A stretch of 63,645 bases of DNA, the filler included, from Octopus bimaculoides (taxonomy: Eukaryota), in the NCBI RefSeq assembly GCF_001194135.2. It is 5 parts of 4 records of this genome, joined end to end, with 100 filler letters (N's around TTAATTAATTAA, not from the genome) between each part and the next. Parts side by side here need not be neighbours in the genome. Positions count along the whole stretch, not along the records: positions 22,761 to 40,201 come from NC_068986.1; positions 40,302 to 50,991 come from NC_068991.1; 3 more parts are not named here. One strand, 5' to 3'. How positions within the stretch are numbered: the first letter of the stretch is position 1; the number at the start of each line of letters is the position of its first letter. The translations under genes were made by a program, and so were the position numbers. The notes beneath the pieces were generated by a model. That model ran no database searches. It saw only the letters and a program-made list of their open reading frames with translations, and was not told the origin of the DNA. Of the stretch, positions 38,440 to 50,991 are shown piece by piece.

Positions 38440-39960
38440 CATGGCGATGATGAAGATTTTGGGGTTCTGCGAGTTGAAACGACAATATGTGGATAGACGA
38501 AAGTAGCCAAATCATTTTCTTTCTTTTCTTACATTTTTCGCTTCCGTCATTCCAGCTCGTCAAACTCTTGAAGCTACTATACTAAAATGTGGGAAAATAT
38601 TTCTCCCAAATCCTATACTTTGAAGGTTTATACATCAATCAGTCTTTTGAGACACTGGCCAACCAATTTGTTATTGTTATTTTCTTGTTACTTTCGCAAA
38701 AATATTTCACTGATGATACTGATGTTTGGTATCTGTCACTGTTACTGGCGTTATTCTTCAACTTTATTTCTCAATATGTTTATGGCCACCAATTTTCAGT
38801 TATCCCTGTTGAACATTAGTTGTTATTTCAGTTGATGTACACTACTACAAGTTCCTGGTCGTAGATTGGTGGATTAAAAAAGATATCGGAAAAAATATCG
38901 AAACATAAAAATAAGCACATCTAAATAGCAATCTAAAATACCCTCTTCCCTCACAAAATGGTTTTGAATCGTTACATTTGCATACTTCATTTTTATTAAG
39001 AAAAGTGGAAGTAGAATTGTAAGAACAAATATCGTTTCATGATTATTTAAAGTTTAAAGTGATCCACAAAATACACAATTCCTTTTCAAACTTATCGTTT
39101 TCTGAAGCGTTTATGGTGCTTCTTCGTTTCCAGAGCCCTAGAAAAGTGAAACATAATTTTGAAGAAAAGTAATTTAATGAAAACGACATCCTTAATCTGT
39201 AATCTTCGATCTGCTGTTTATCACTTGAATTCTTATTCTATTAACATTTGATCAACTTTGGTTGCAGGCTTACTCGTCAGCCCCAGACGGCTGGATTAAA
39301 CGAAGTAAGTCTATATGGCTGTTGTCAGTTCCTGTTTTGTTGTTGAGACTGTTTTCTCTTTGCTTTTATTCAGATTGTATTTTTACACATATATCCAGTG
39401 TACCACGAAATATTCAACTGTCTCCAAAAGAATTTCCAAAGAAAGACGTGAAAAAATGCTACTGCTTTGGCAAAGACAGCACTTTGCATGAGTTTTCTTT
39501 GTTTTGAAAAAAGAAAATTCAGAAGCTAAGGAATAGTTAGTAACAGATGTCTCGTTTGAGAAACTAGCTTCACTCCCAAGTGTATCTGCCAAAAATGAGA
39601 AAAACATATCAACTTAAGATATTGAGGATGACGAATCACCGCAAACTTCTGACATGAATAGTGAAGTGCCATCTTATAATCTCGATCGAGCCAGAGAAAA
39701 GTATGTGTCCAGAATCTTGACGGCATTATAAAACATGGTGATGGCAAGTTGGATGGACACTCATTATTTTAAAAACTAAATATTTTGTACTATTTGTGAC
39801 AATTGGTAAGCAACGTTTGAGGGAGTAGATCTTGTGCAGCCTATCAAAGAGTGCAGTTTATTGCTTTTACTGGATGTTATATAATATGAACAAAGAATAT
39901 AGTTCCTTCGTTCAGTTTACATCAAAAGGATGACAATAATGTGAACGAGGCGAGCTTTTA
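38440..39960 (+). mobile_element. Highly degraded piggyBac-like transposase remnant
   Basis: Scattered motif echoes only: YFRK/YFTDD (~38690-38720) and MVLNRYICILHF (~38958-38993, cf. MSRNRY...LHF). No TTAA/TIR ends found. Confidence 0.4.
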
Positions 39961-40166
39961 AGATAATCGCATTTCATCTTATTGGTTTAGTTTGCACTTT
40001 CCGTTATTGATGTTTCAGCTTCATTTATGGTGCATGTCTTGCCAGCATTATTCACCCATGCATGCCATATATATACTTACGCATATACACTACAGGAATA
40101 TATGATAGAATGGTATCAAACCAATGTAAAACATGCCATTTTAAAGATAGCATGTTCGCACTAGTG

Positions 40167-40201
<35 letters not shown>

Positions 40202-40301
40202 NNNNNNNNNNNNNNNNNNNNNNNNNNNNNNNNNNNNNNNNNNNNTTAATTAATTAANNNNNNNNNNNNNNNNNNNNNNNNNNNNNNNNNNNNNNNNNNN
40301 N

Positions 40302-40650
40302 TCTTGCTTTGCGGTATTTGGTGTTCGGTATGTTGAGCATACAACTACATCAATTTGTTTTATGTGTACTATTAAAGTATCACATACAGAGTTTGAGTGT
40401 GATAGTAGTAGTAGGGGTGTGACATCTTCTCGGATGTACATTGCAACTCCCCCATGACTTCTATCCCTTCTGTCTGTTCGGAGTACGGCATACTCTGGTA
40501 TATTTATCTCCGCATCTGCTATATTAGGTGTTAGATGCGTTTCGGTAAGCACCATGCATATTGCTTGATTGCATGTTACTAGGTCTTTCAAATATAGGAA
40601 CTTGTCTTTGCCGCCTGTTCGTAATAGGCCCCGGATATTCAGTAGGAATA
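40302..40650 (-). mobile_element. LINE apurinic-like endonuclease (APE) fragment, CR1/L2/Jockey-type
   Basis: LLNIRGL...LTETHL...YAVLRTDRRDRSHGGVAMYIRE...YRTPN; ends at a gap. Confidence 0.9.
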
Positions 40651-40819
40651 TATATATATAAATAAATAAAGCACTGGGGTCAATTCATTTGACAAAAAGT
40701 TCTTCAAGGCAGTGTCTCATATTTTTGTTTGCCCACTCAATTGTATCTATCACTCTATCTTTCTGTGTACATATATAATACATACACATATATACATGTA
40801 TGTATATGTGCATATTTAT

Positions 40820-42010
40820 ATCTATTATATATAAGTCAATGTCTTTGTGTGTTCGTGTATTACTTATAGATTCGAAAACTACTGCACCAAACCTAATGAA
40901 ATTTGAAACACAAAAGCCAAGTGTAGGGAGAAGGGTAATGCTGTATGCTTCATACATTTTCATGGACCAAAATTACTGAATGGATCCTTATATTTTGGAC
41001 TTAGATTCAATGCATAAGGGAGGGTATAATGCAGTATATTTGGTTTGAATTTGAGTTGACTTCAAACTGGCAGAACCCCTCATGAAAATTCATAAATTTC
41101 GGATCTTTTTTAAAACGGGGGCCACATTTTTCATTAACGAAACACTTTGAAACTTGGAACACTGGTAGAATGTGTCATATAAAACATCTTTTTCTCTTAG
41201 TCTTCTTTAAAAAAATAGAAATCCATAAGTTATTCCATGTGAAAGTTGTCGTATTTCTGTAATTTCAACCAATCACTGACGTCCATTCAGCCGATATACA
41301 TTAAGTGCCGACTACATAAACAAACGATTCTGAAACAATTAACCCTAACCCAAACCCTAGGGTTAGGGTTAAAGCAAATTTAAAATGAAAAAAGCAAATA
41401 AAACGAAGGTATGGAGATTAAATACGCTTTACATCGCTTAATCAGCCAAAGGAGTAAATGTAAACAACTGAATACTTGTCAGTGATTGGTTGAAATTATC
41501 GAAATAAGACAATTTTTTACATGGAATAAATTCGAATACAAAAATATTTTTCTGTTCTATAACACAAAATAGATAAGTATACGAAGTTTGAAAGTCTTTC
41601 CGTACCAAAAACACTACGTAAAACATTAATGAAAAATGTGGCCCCCGTTTTAAAATAGATCCTAAATTTCTGATGTTGATGAAATTTCAACCACAAGTAG
41701 TTGACACAAATCGAGAAATATTCCCAAAGTTTCCGCTTCTCATGAGGATTCTAAGACCCTCTAATAGGGGCTTAACTCTCAAATTTTAGTCATTTTTTAT
41801 GATCCAAAAGTACTAAATGGATCTTGATGAAATTTGGAAATTATATTCTATGCATGTAATGCAGTATCTGTTTGAAAGTGAGGGGACATAAATGAGGCCA
41901 TAATCCCCATGAAAATTCATATATTTTTGCTGTTGATGAAAATTTAACCATAGATATTAGACACAAATGAAGTAATATTTCTAAAATTTCAACTTCTTAG
42001 GAGTTAGTAA
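40820..42010 (+). mobile_element. Non-autonomous Helitron-like element interrupted by the MITE
   Basis: 5' TCTATTATATATAAG...GTGTGT...AAAACTACTGCACCAAACCTAATGAAATTTG resembles non-autonomous Helitron 5' ends. Internal ~95-bp direct repeat beginning CCCC(T)CATGAAAATTCATA at ~41076 and ~41905. Confidence 0.5.
41101..41662. mobile_element. 562-bp fold-back MITE with 37-bp TIRs and 8-bp TSD (Merlin- or hAT-like)
   Basis: TIRs 41101-41137 and 41626-41662 match at 36/37. TSD TAAATTTC at 41093-41100 and 41663-41670. Inner inverted repeats at 41261-41280 and 41478-41497. Confidence 0.92.
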
Positions 42011-42861
42011 AGATGATAAGAGGTTAGAGTATGATGGTGGGAAAGAAACAAGTGTTTGCAGTAGAGAAGATATATGGCTGGACTGGACCCTAAATTATGT
42101 GGTTGCAAAACAAATTTCTCAACCACATAGCCATGCCTTCTTTCAGCTACATTTTTCTTCCACAACACAAGACTTGACAGCAGGATTAGACAGATTATGA
42201 ATGAAAGAAAACAGTTAATTTATAATCTACTTTTCTTTGAACCGCTAAATTTTGTAGTCATTCATAGTTCCTTTACTACCTAGCTACTATTTATGTCATC
42301 CAGTGGAAGCATGACTGTGGTTAAGAATTTTGCTTCATGATCACATTAAGTTTAGGCCCACAGCACAGCAGCTGACCAATGCTTGTAAATGGAATTAGTT
42401 GATGGAAGTTCATTGTGTATAAGGTGCTGATCTTGATCTTTTCTACATGACTGTTATATATCATGTAAGCTGTGTAAAAAGATCAATAAGCAACAAGTTA
42501 TGCCAAAAATGAAATGTAGCTGAATCAATAATTTATGTCTTTGATTTTTAATAATTTATTCTAAAGGAAATCATAATATATTGTCCCATGCATGCAATAA
42601 GTTGTCCAGTTCAAGTGTTTGCCCAATAAATACAAAACAAGAATGAAGGCATCGATATTATATTTTCAAAGAGAATTTCAATACATTTGATAAATATTCA
42701 GCAGTTGAATTAGGTTTTGGATCTATGATCACCATAAAATAAAAATACAAAGATATATGTTCAAAAGTTTGCTTCCACGTTCATTAGGTTACTGTTCTCA
42801 GAAATATGTATTCAACCGCTGAAAGAAAAAAAATGAAACAAAACAAAAAAGAAAATTAATA

Positions 42862-43000
42862 CAGGCATAGCCATGTGGTTAAGAAGTTCACTTCACAACC
42901 ATATGGTTCCAAATTCAATCCCATTGCATGGTATCTTGAGTATGTGTCTTCTACTCTAACTTTGGAAGTAAAAATTTGATAGACAAAAACTGCACAGAAG
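42862..43000 (+). mobile_element. SINE family A head, old and CpG-depleted
   Basis: GGCATAGCCATGTGGTTAAGAAG...GTGTCTTCTACTCTA. Confidence 0.7.
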
Positions 43001-45636
43001 GGATGCTGATAAATCATAGTACCAAAATACCCTATGGCATTCAGTTATTAGAGTTATGTTATCACTCTCTAATTATGGGCATATGGCCAGTATAGATCTG
43101 AGAAGACCATAGTTCAAATGAGGACTCATTATACAATTACATAGTGTATATTTTATTATAGTGAGAGGTTCTTATGAAGAGCTCTTCTGTTTCATGGGTC
43201 TAGTTGATATATGGAATAGCTAATAAAGTACTAAATCAATATAATCAATTAGAAGTCTTGAAAGTGATGCCTCAGTCCAGAAGAGTGAAACCAGTCCTAG
43301 AATATAAGGCAATGTTTAATACTAATGAATTTTGTTTTCAGTTAGCATAATTTATAACAGAAGAAACAAAGAAAACTAAGTAAATAGGATGAATGAGATT
43401 GGTGTGTTGAAAATAAGGGGCTTGAGAAAGTGAGTGTATTCCAGGAATAGAATATATGTAAAAGAATAAAAGTGCTACAGGAATGTAGACAACTAAAATC
43501 ACACAAAGCTAGCACATTCAAGTTGATATTTTAAAAATAAAAACAGCTGTACTTCATGGTGGCCATTTTTTCATAATCATAAAAAACAAAACTGATTATA
43601 TGGACTTTAAATCAATATAGACTACATTACAAAAGGCCATAATAATGAGGCAGAAAGGACTGATTGTATCAGATTGTCCCAAACCAAACAAAGAAATATT
43701 TCTTCAATACTTGTTTCTGTATCCCCTTCATTTTCAATTTGTTCTATTACAATAGACACATGACACTATTTCTAAAGTAGGAGAAAACCAGCTTTGTTTT
43801 ATAGTAATTGCCTTGCTTTTTTTTTTTTTTTTACAATCCTTTGACTAGACATGCAAGGAAAATATCTGCAAAAGATGGGAAAAGTTGATTGAATTAATCT
43901 TAGTATTTTATATAGATTTAAGGCTTGTAAATTGTATAAAATAATTTGTGTGTTTATATATACATTTTTCTTTTATTGATTTATGTATGTATATGGATGG
44001 TTGGCTTTGTATGAATTTAGGCATCTACTTCTTGAGTCAATTAATTGTAATAGGCTTATTTAGAGAGAGAGAGAAAAAATGTGCAAATAATGAGAAGCAG
44101 AGTTAAGTGCAAACAAAGTTTAAAAATGGAAAATAGTTACAACGAAGGCACATCATGGTGATGATTTGAACATTTTCAGAAGTGGGTGTCAACAAAAAAG
44201 TCAGCTCTTTTTGTTTTTTTTACTGTACTTAATGAATGCTTGTAATTCTGTACACATATGAAGCAGAGAAATTTTCATGCTACCCTTTTGTTAATAAGAT
44301 TGTAAAATCATCTCTTAACAGCATCACCTCATTATAAGAGGTGATTCTTAATGATTATTTTTATAAACTTATAAAGGATACAGATAAATGTAAAAAAAAA
44401 AGTAGTATCACATGGAGAAGAGTATGCTCTCTCTGTAAGACAATTAGATAAAATATACCAAAAATCATTCCATCAATACTGACCATAAAAGAAAAAAAAG
44501 AAAAATGCAGAAAAAAACAATCCCACTTTAGTATCAAAATAACAAAAGTTTAGTTACTGAACTAAATGAGAAAAGTAAGCAAATCTTTCATAAAATTACA
44601 TTGAGAAATATTATCGAACATAGAAAATTATTTATTTTTAGGAATTCTATATATCTAATTCAGCAATCAAAATAATGTCCAGATCACTTGCTTAATTGCA
44701 GCACATGTCTTTTGAATTTATAATTCCTTATATCTATTAACTGCATTTGTGAGGAAATTAAATATTTTTCTTCATAAGGCAAAAACATAATTGGAAATTT
44801 CATTTTAATCCTTGAAGTTACATATAAAAAACCTTGTGTATTGATAAAACAAATTTACCAAAATGAAAACTATTATTTTAAACAGAGCATCACCTTATGA
44901 AACATATAAGTGAAAAATATTTTCCAATCCTCAAGAACTGAGCTAATAATTTTTGTCCTATAGCAAGTATGTAAGAAAAATTTTACAGGCAATAGAAGAG
45001 TAGAGCAATGAAAAGGGTCTCAATTGTCAAAAATGTCAACACTTAATACTATATGGTATTGCATTGAAAGCATAAGCTACAAAAGTGTGATTCTGATATT
45101 CCTTGTGATACAAGAAGTTATAGATTTGTTAGTTATGTTAATTTACATCTGCATACTTGCGAAAAGATTTTGAGAGAAGTTGTTTAAGCAAGTTTCTCAT
45201 CAACATAAATCCCTGCATACCTTTTAATCAATAAAAGCCAATTTCCAAATTACTAGGTTACAAAAAAAAAAAAAATGGTTAATTACACAGCAATTACAAT
45301 TTAAAATTGATACCTTTTGACATGGCCAGTTTTACAAAGTAAAAACGTGTTATTAATTAATTGTGCAGATGCAGACTGAGTGAGGATCCAAGGAGGATCT
45401 GAGAATTTACCAACAGCAACATATTGCAATGGCACATTCCCCACATCTGACCTGACAGACAATTATTACAATCTGATTCTTGTGAGAATTGAATTCAGAG
45501 CAGTGAGGCTCTGGTGTAAATACCATATTCAGTTCTCTGCACCTTTAAGCAAATAATTCATACTTTTTTACAATGTCCATTTTCTCTAAGACCTTTCTTT
45601 AACTCAAATTATGTGTCACAATTGTATTTTGTTGTT

Positions 45637-45998
45637 TGGCATGGCTGTGTTGTAAGAAGTTTGTTTTCCAACCATGATTCCAGGTTCAGTCCCAATCCAT
45701 GGCACCTTGGGTGTCTTCTGCTGTAGCCTTGGGCTGACCAAAGCCTTCTGAATGGATTTGATAAGCAGAAACTTAAAGTAGCCCATTGTGTTTGTCCCAC
45801 CCCGTCTCTCTACTTGAAAACTGGTATTGGCACATTTACATCCCAGTAACTTAGTGATTTGGCAAAATAGACCAATAGAATAAGTACCAGGCTTTAAAAA
45901 AAAATAATACTGGGGTTGATTCATTTGACTAAAAAATTCTTCAAGATGGTGCCCCAGCATGACTGCAGTCTAATGACTGAAACAAGTAAAAGATAAAA
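45637..45998 (+). mobile_element. SINE family A, full length, no internal microsatellite, CpG-depleted
   Basis: Colinear with 15402-15866 from head to tail. Confidence 0.9.
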
Positions 45999-46624
45999 TA
46001 TACCTGCAGATATTTATAATGTATAACAGATACAGTGTCTAAGTGGATAATAGTTACAAAAATACGGTCTCTTGACTCCTTGTATACTACAGATTTCTGT
46101 ATCTTTGATAAAAGTATTAACTCTCAATGTGTTGATCAATTAAGCTGTATATTGGTAGCATATCAACATACAATGTACCACATAAAGCTATGGGAACACA
46201 GTAAAATGGATGTGTGCTTCATTAGTTTGCTGTGTTGAATTTGAAATCTGATAGGAAAACTTTTGTGAGGAATGAGTTCAATGAGCTCTACATACCACAC
46301 AAAATGCTTTGCAATTTTCCTTTAAGGATTTCTTTACTCATCCGCATTTTTCTTGCAGATATCAGCTTACAGATGTTCAAACTGCACATCAGCTGCATCA
46401 GTCTCACTAGTCTGGGAGGGCCTATAAAAATAAAGGTAACAGGTCCTGCCCCTCCTTCCTAGTCTAATTCATAAAAAAAAAATGAAGAGGAAAATTCCAA
46501 CTATCGCTTAGGGTTATTGAATTCACAATTGCCATGTCCATAGTACTTGTTCAAGTATTGTCTTAGTCAAAGAAAGATTACTCACTCGATGCTAAAGAAA
46601 CCTGCAGAGTATAGGCACGACATG

Positions 46625-46969
46625 CTATTTTACACTTTCAAGACCCTTTTTGGTTATGAATGACCATGGGATCGCACCTAGATGTTCCTTTCCAAGGTAT
46701 AAGTCTGGTCAAAGTTGTTTATGGAAGACCAGCCGTCGTCCATGCATACCAGCCTCGCCTCCTCATACCACCAATGTTATCCAATGGAAAGTCAAAGGCC
46801 AGTACAACTTGATGCCAGCGACATCATGAGCCATTTCTACAGCTGAGTGAACTGAAGCAATGTGAAATAAAGTGTCTTGCACAAGAACACAACACGCAGC
46901 TCAATCCAGGAATCAAACTCATTACCACATGATTGTGAGCCTGATACTCTAACCACTGAGCCACGTGCC
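46625..46969 (-). mobile_element. SINE with B-type head and core but a different 3' body
   Basis: GGCACGTGGCTCAGTGGTTAGAG head and GTGTTCTTGTGCAAGACACTT core. Confidence 0.8.
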
Positions 46970-47439
46970 ATCACATATAACCAATTCTGGATTGACATAT
47001 TTTAATATGAGTAAATATTTTTGGTAGTATTTGATTAATAAAAAATGTATTTCATGGATTAGTTGAAGTATTGTTAGAAAGAGTTAATTTTATTGTGGAA
47101 ATTGAGGTGTCTCGTTGAAAAAAAATCACAGGCTTAAGTCTGAGTCCACCAAATTTACTTCCTTGAAAAAGTCAACATTTTTAGTAGTTCCTATGTTCTT
47201 GTATATGTAGTTGTAAATTACTGTGTTTACCTCCACCAGCTAAGCAAACTAGTTAACACAGATATTTTAAGGGCTTTGATATCAGTTTTTCATGGGCTAA
47301 AAACAAAACAGAAAATAAAAAAATGCTTAATTTTTATTTTTGCTATTAGCTATATAATAAGACATAAATAATTAGAAAATAGTTTTTGAATTTAGTGCAT
47401 GATTTATCATATAAAGTAATGTACAATGATTCTAGTGTT

Positions 47440-48400
47440 TCTGAATGCTATCAGAGGACCAGAAAATAAAGACAAGAAAAAATGACAATGCAAAATGTGA
47501 GACAAGCTGATCAAGAAATTGAAATTAAAAATGAATGCAGGAATGGCAATGCGAAATCAGAGAGGATTTCTGACATCAATGTAATTGGTTACATGTCTTG
47601 AAGAGGCCAAGCATGATGAAGTTTATGGATTAAGGTTTCCATAATCCAGTCTAGGTCATCAGCCTTACCATTTCTATCATATATTCAAGGCTTGCTTTGT
47701 TAAACAAAACTCACCAGGAAAACTGTGTAGGATTTGAAGAAGTCATATAGAATGATGTAAATGAGTTGCTAGTGTCCCAGAGAGAAAGTTTATTTAACAA
47801 GAAGCTGATGCTGTTAGAAAAAGAACAAGCTGAGAATACAAACGAGACAACAGAAGTTCCTTGTACACCACTTAAATTATAGAGGATGGTCTGCAGGTTT
47901 TTGCTGATAATGCTCCTAATTATGAACATAACAAACATTACAGAAAGAGTTTACAATGAGCTCAGTTCCTATACTAAGGTGTACAAAGAGCTGATGCATC
48001 ATAAACAAACAAAATTGCTGAAGATTTTCACCTGTCAAGTTTGTGATGATAAACTATAAAATAGTAAATATTGAACCTCATCCTCCTAGTAACACTCATT
48101 CCTCTACCACCCTCACACAGTAATCAACATCTTTTGTGGTAAGAATGTACTCTTACAATATTACTATTCTTATTAATTACATAACTTATTCCTCTTGAAA
48201 TGTTTTTGTTTTTTTTGTATTGTATTATGTAAGTTTAGAAATTGAGTTGAAAATAACTTTGTTTAAAATGGAGACACATATATAATGGGTCAAATATGTA
48301 TTATGCATGAATGTTATAGACTTCCTATTTTGCATACATTTAACCGTGTTTCACTTTTAATGGTTCTCACAACTGTTACTGTTTGATTTACTTAGAACTA
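47440..48400 (+). mobile_element. Tigger/pogo transposase C-terminal remnant
   Basis: GFEEVI*NDVNELLVSQRESLFNKKLMLLEKEQ and DGLQVFADNAPNYEH...YKELMHHKQTKL resemble Tigger/TIGD C-termini. Many stops. Confidence 0.6.
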
Positions 48401-50619
48401 CTAATACATCAAAAGCACACGGGTTAGTATTGCAAAAATCACTTGTTTACTAACACAGATAGTGCTTAAAAGTTGCTGTTTTTCTCAATGACTAGCATCA
48501 CAGCATAATCAAGGCTGACCAAAGACTATGTCATCAATCAGTGCTAGAAAAATAAGCAAGATGCACAAAAGAAAGAGCAATTTCCATATAATTCAAAATT
48601 GGAATTCAAGTCACGAATCTAATAGAGTCAGGATAAATTTAGTATAAGAAAGATGTTGGATAAAATAAGAAATAGATTTGCATTGGCGTAAGGAATTGTC
48701 TGTCAATGGCTCTCAAACTAGATTCCATCCTCATCAAATATTAGTAAAAAAAATTTTGCCCCCCTGCCACACCACCATTATTTATGAGAAAACAAAATAG
48801 ATTGCATCCATATAATTCTCTTTTTTCAACACCTTACTTTTGTAAGGTGTTGAAAAAAGCTCAAAACCATCTTAATTCTGATCAGCAATTTGTCTGTCCC
48901 CACCCTCCACTTCAATCATATTGCACCCCATGCACCAAAGAGAACCACTGATGTTATTCTTCAGGGAGATAATCACAGGGTTTTTCTTTTTTTGTGTGAA
49001 ACGTCTTTTTAAAGAATAAAAGAATAACTGAGAAAAGCCTTTAACATCATTGTAACTGTTTATCTCCAGGTTAGACCTGTTCAAGCAAACCTATCATTCC
49101 AGCTGTGCCCATCCTGTTTTTAGGGATATCTAGGACTAAATTATCTATATCCTTCCTATTTTTTAAGTAATAGGGTGTAATTTGAGGGAGATTTGGTTGC
49201 TATTTCTAGGAGGTTGAGTTCCTCTCTCTTTGACATGTTTGAATGTTCTGATGGGCAGTGAGGAAATTAGTTGAAGGAAATGGATTGTGAAACCAAAAGT
49301 ACTAGGTTAGAATTCAGTGAGTAAAGGATCTGTTTTTGAACTCCTCCCAATGTCAGTCCTTTAAGCAACAAGATTGGTAATCAAGATTGAATTCCATTAG
49401 GAACTTGTAGCTAATGTAATTCTCATACCAGAGTTGTTATAAAATAAGTGCCAAACCTCTTAGTGTAGTCTCAAGTCAATGGGTTTAAAAGTAAAAAAAA
49501 GTCAAGAGTATTAAGTAACCTTAATAATCCAGCAAGACTAAAATTAATGAGCCAGCAAATACTTCCTCAACAAACATCCTACCATTTTTAAAATTAGCGA
49601 CAATTCTCTGAAGTTCTCAAGTGCAACAAGACAAGATGGTCATAACTATAATCCTGACCAAACATTGATGTTCAGCACATACCAATACTAGGATTTATGT
49701 GTGAGTAACTACTTCCAAGCTATAGGCTTGTTCAAAAACAACTACTGAAGACTTATTTAATAATAATTTAAAAAATAGTAAAGTTAGAAAATATAGCTGA
49801 GAAAGAGATTGTTTTTCCTGAATGCTGCCTAAAATAGAACCTGAACAAAGAGACAATGAACATATTCAAATGGTGTACACACAACGAAATCTTACTGTAC
49901 AGGGTTGATGGAATATGCTATGAAATGACAGAGTTAGGGTCTTTTTCACTGACATTTGTCTGTAGTGGTAACGTATTCTTTGTCTTTTGATCTGCCATCT
50001 TTATGTGCGTGTAAAGAACAATACCTGAAAGAAAGAGAGAAATTACATTAAAAGAACTATGCATTAGTAATAAAGCTGATAGTTATCAATCTTTCCAAGT
50101 TTTCAATTCTTAAAAACACTTATAATTTCTTATTATTGGTACAGATTGCAGACCACAGTAACGCATTAGGGATAGGTCAATTTATTGTGCTTTTAAGAAG
50201 ACACTTTACTTTTTTTGTTTCAATTTTTAAAGCTAAAAAACTGACTCAACTCTTACTGGTTAAGATCATCCTGCTCTAAAAACATCTACCTAATAAGTCA
50301 TACTAAAGTATCAGAATTTGCAGAAATATTTAACTATTTCATAGATAGCAATTATATTGAGAGAGCCATTTTAATCCACATAACTCACAAACACTATCAT
50401 ATTCACTTTTAGCTAAATTTTGAGGTGTTAAAATTTTCATCAAACATCTATGACCTGATCACTGACACAATTCCACTCATCTGTTGAGTCTTTTTAAATC
50501 TCAGAATTCCACTCCACCCCATCTTTATGGGGGCTGGTTTTGAAAATCTGGAGACGTTAACAACAAACATTTTAAACATTAAAATGGTGATTTCTCAGAG
50601 CTGATTACTTATATACACT

Positions 50620-50991
50620 ACAAGTTACAGAGAGGGTCATAGCCCAACTAATTAGGGAGCGAATCAATTTAGATGAGATGCAGTTTGGGTTCGTGCCAGG
50701 TAAAAGCACTACTGATGCCTTATTTCTAGTGAGACAGTTGCAAGAGAAATACCTAGCTAAGGATAAACCTCTGTACCTGGCTTTCGTTGACATGGAGAAA
50801 GCCTTTGACAGGGTCCCCCGATCCCTTATCTGGTGGTCAATGAGGAAACTTGGGATAGAAGAATGGCTAGTGAGAGCTGTGCGAGCCATGTACAGAGATG
50901 CTGCCAGTAAGGTGAGGGTTGGAAATGAGTACAGCAATGAATTCCGGGTAGAGGTAGGGGTCCACCAAGGTTCCGTCCTCAGTCCCCTATT
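50620..50991 (+). mobile_element. RTE-clade LINE reverse transcriptase fragment (5' truncated, runs into a gap)
   Basis: Open frame ERVIAQLIRERINLDEMQFGFVPGKSTTDALFLVRQLQEKY...LAFVDMEKAFDRVPR...VGVHQGSVLSPL. Confidence 0.93.

Noticed and set aside
41339-41372. Telomere-fusion scar
   Set aside because: The orientation is CCCTAA then TTAGGG, the opposite of an end-to-end fusion, and it lies inside a TSD-flanked MITE.
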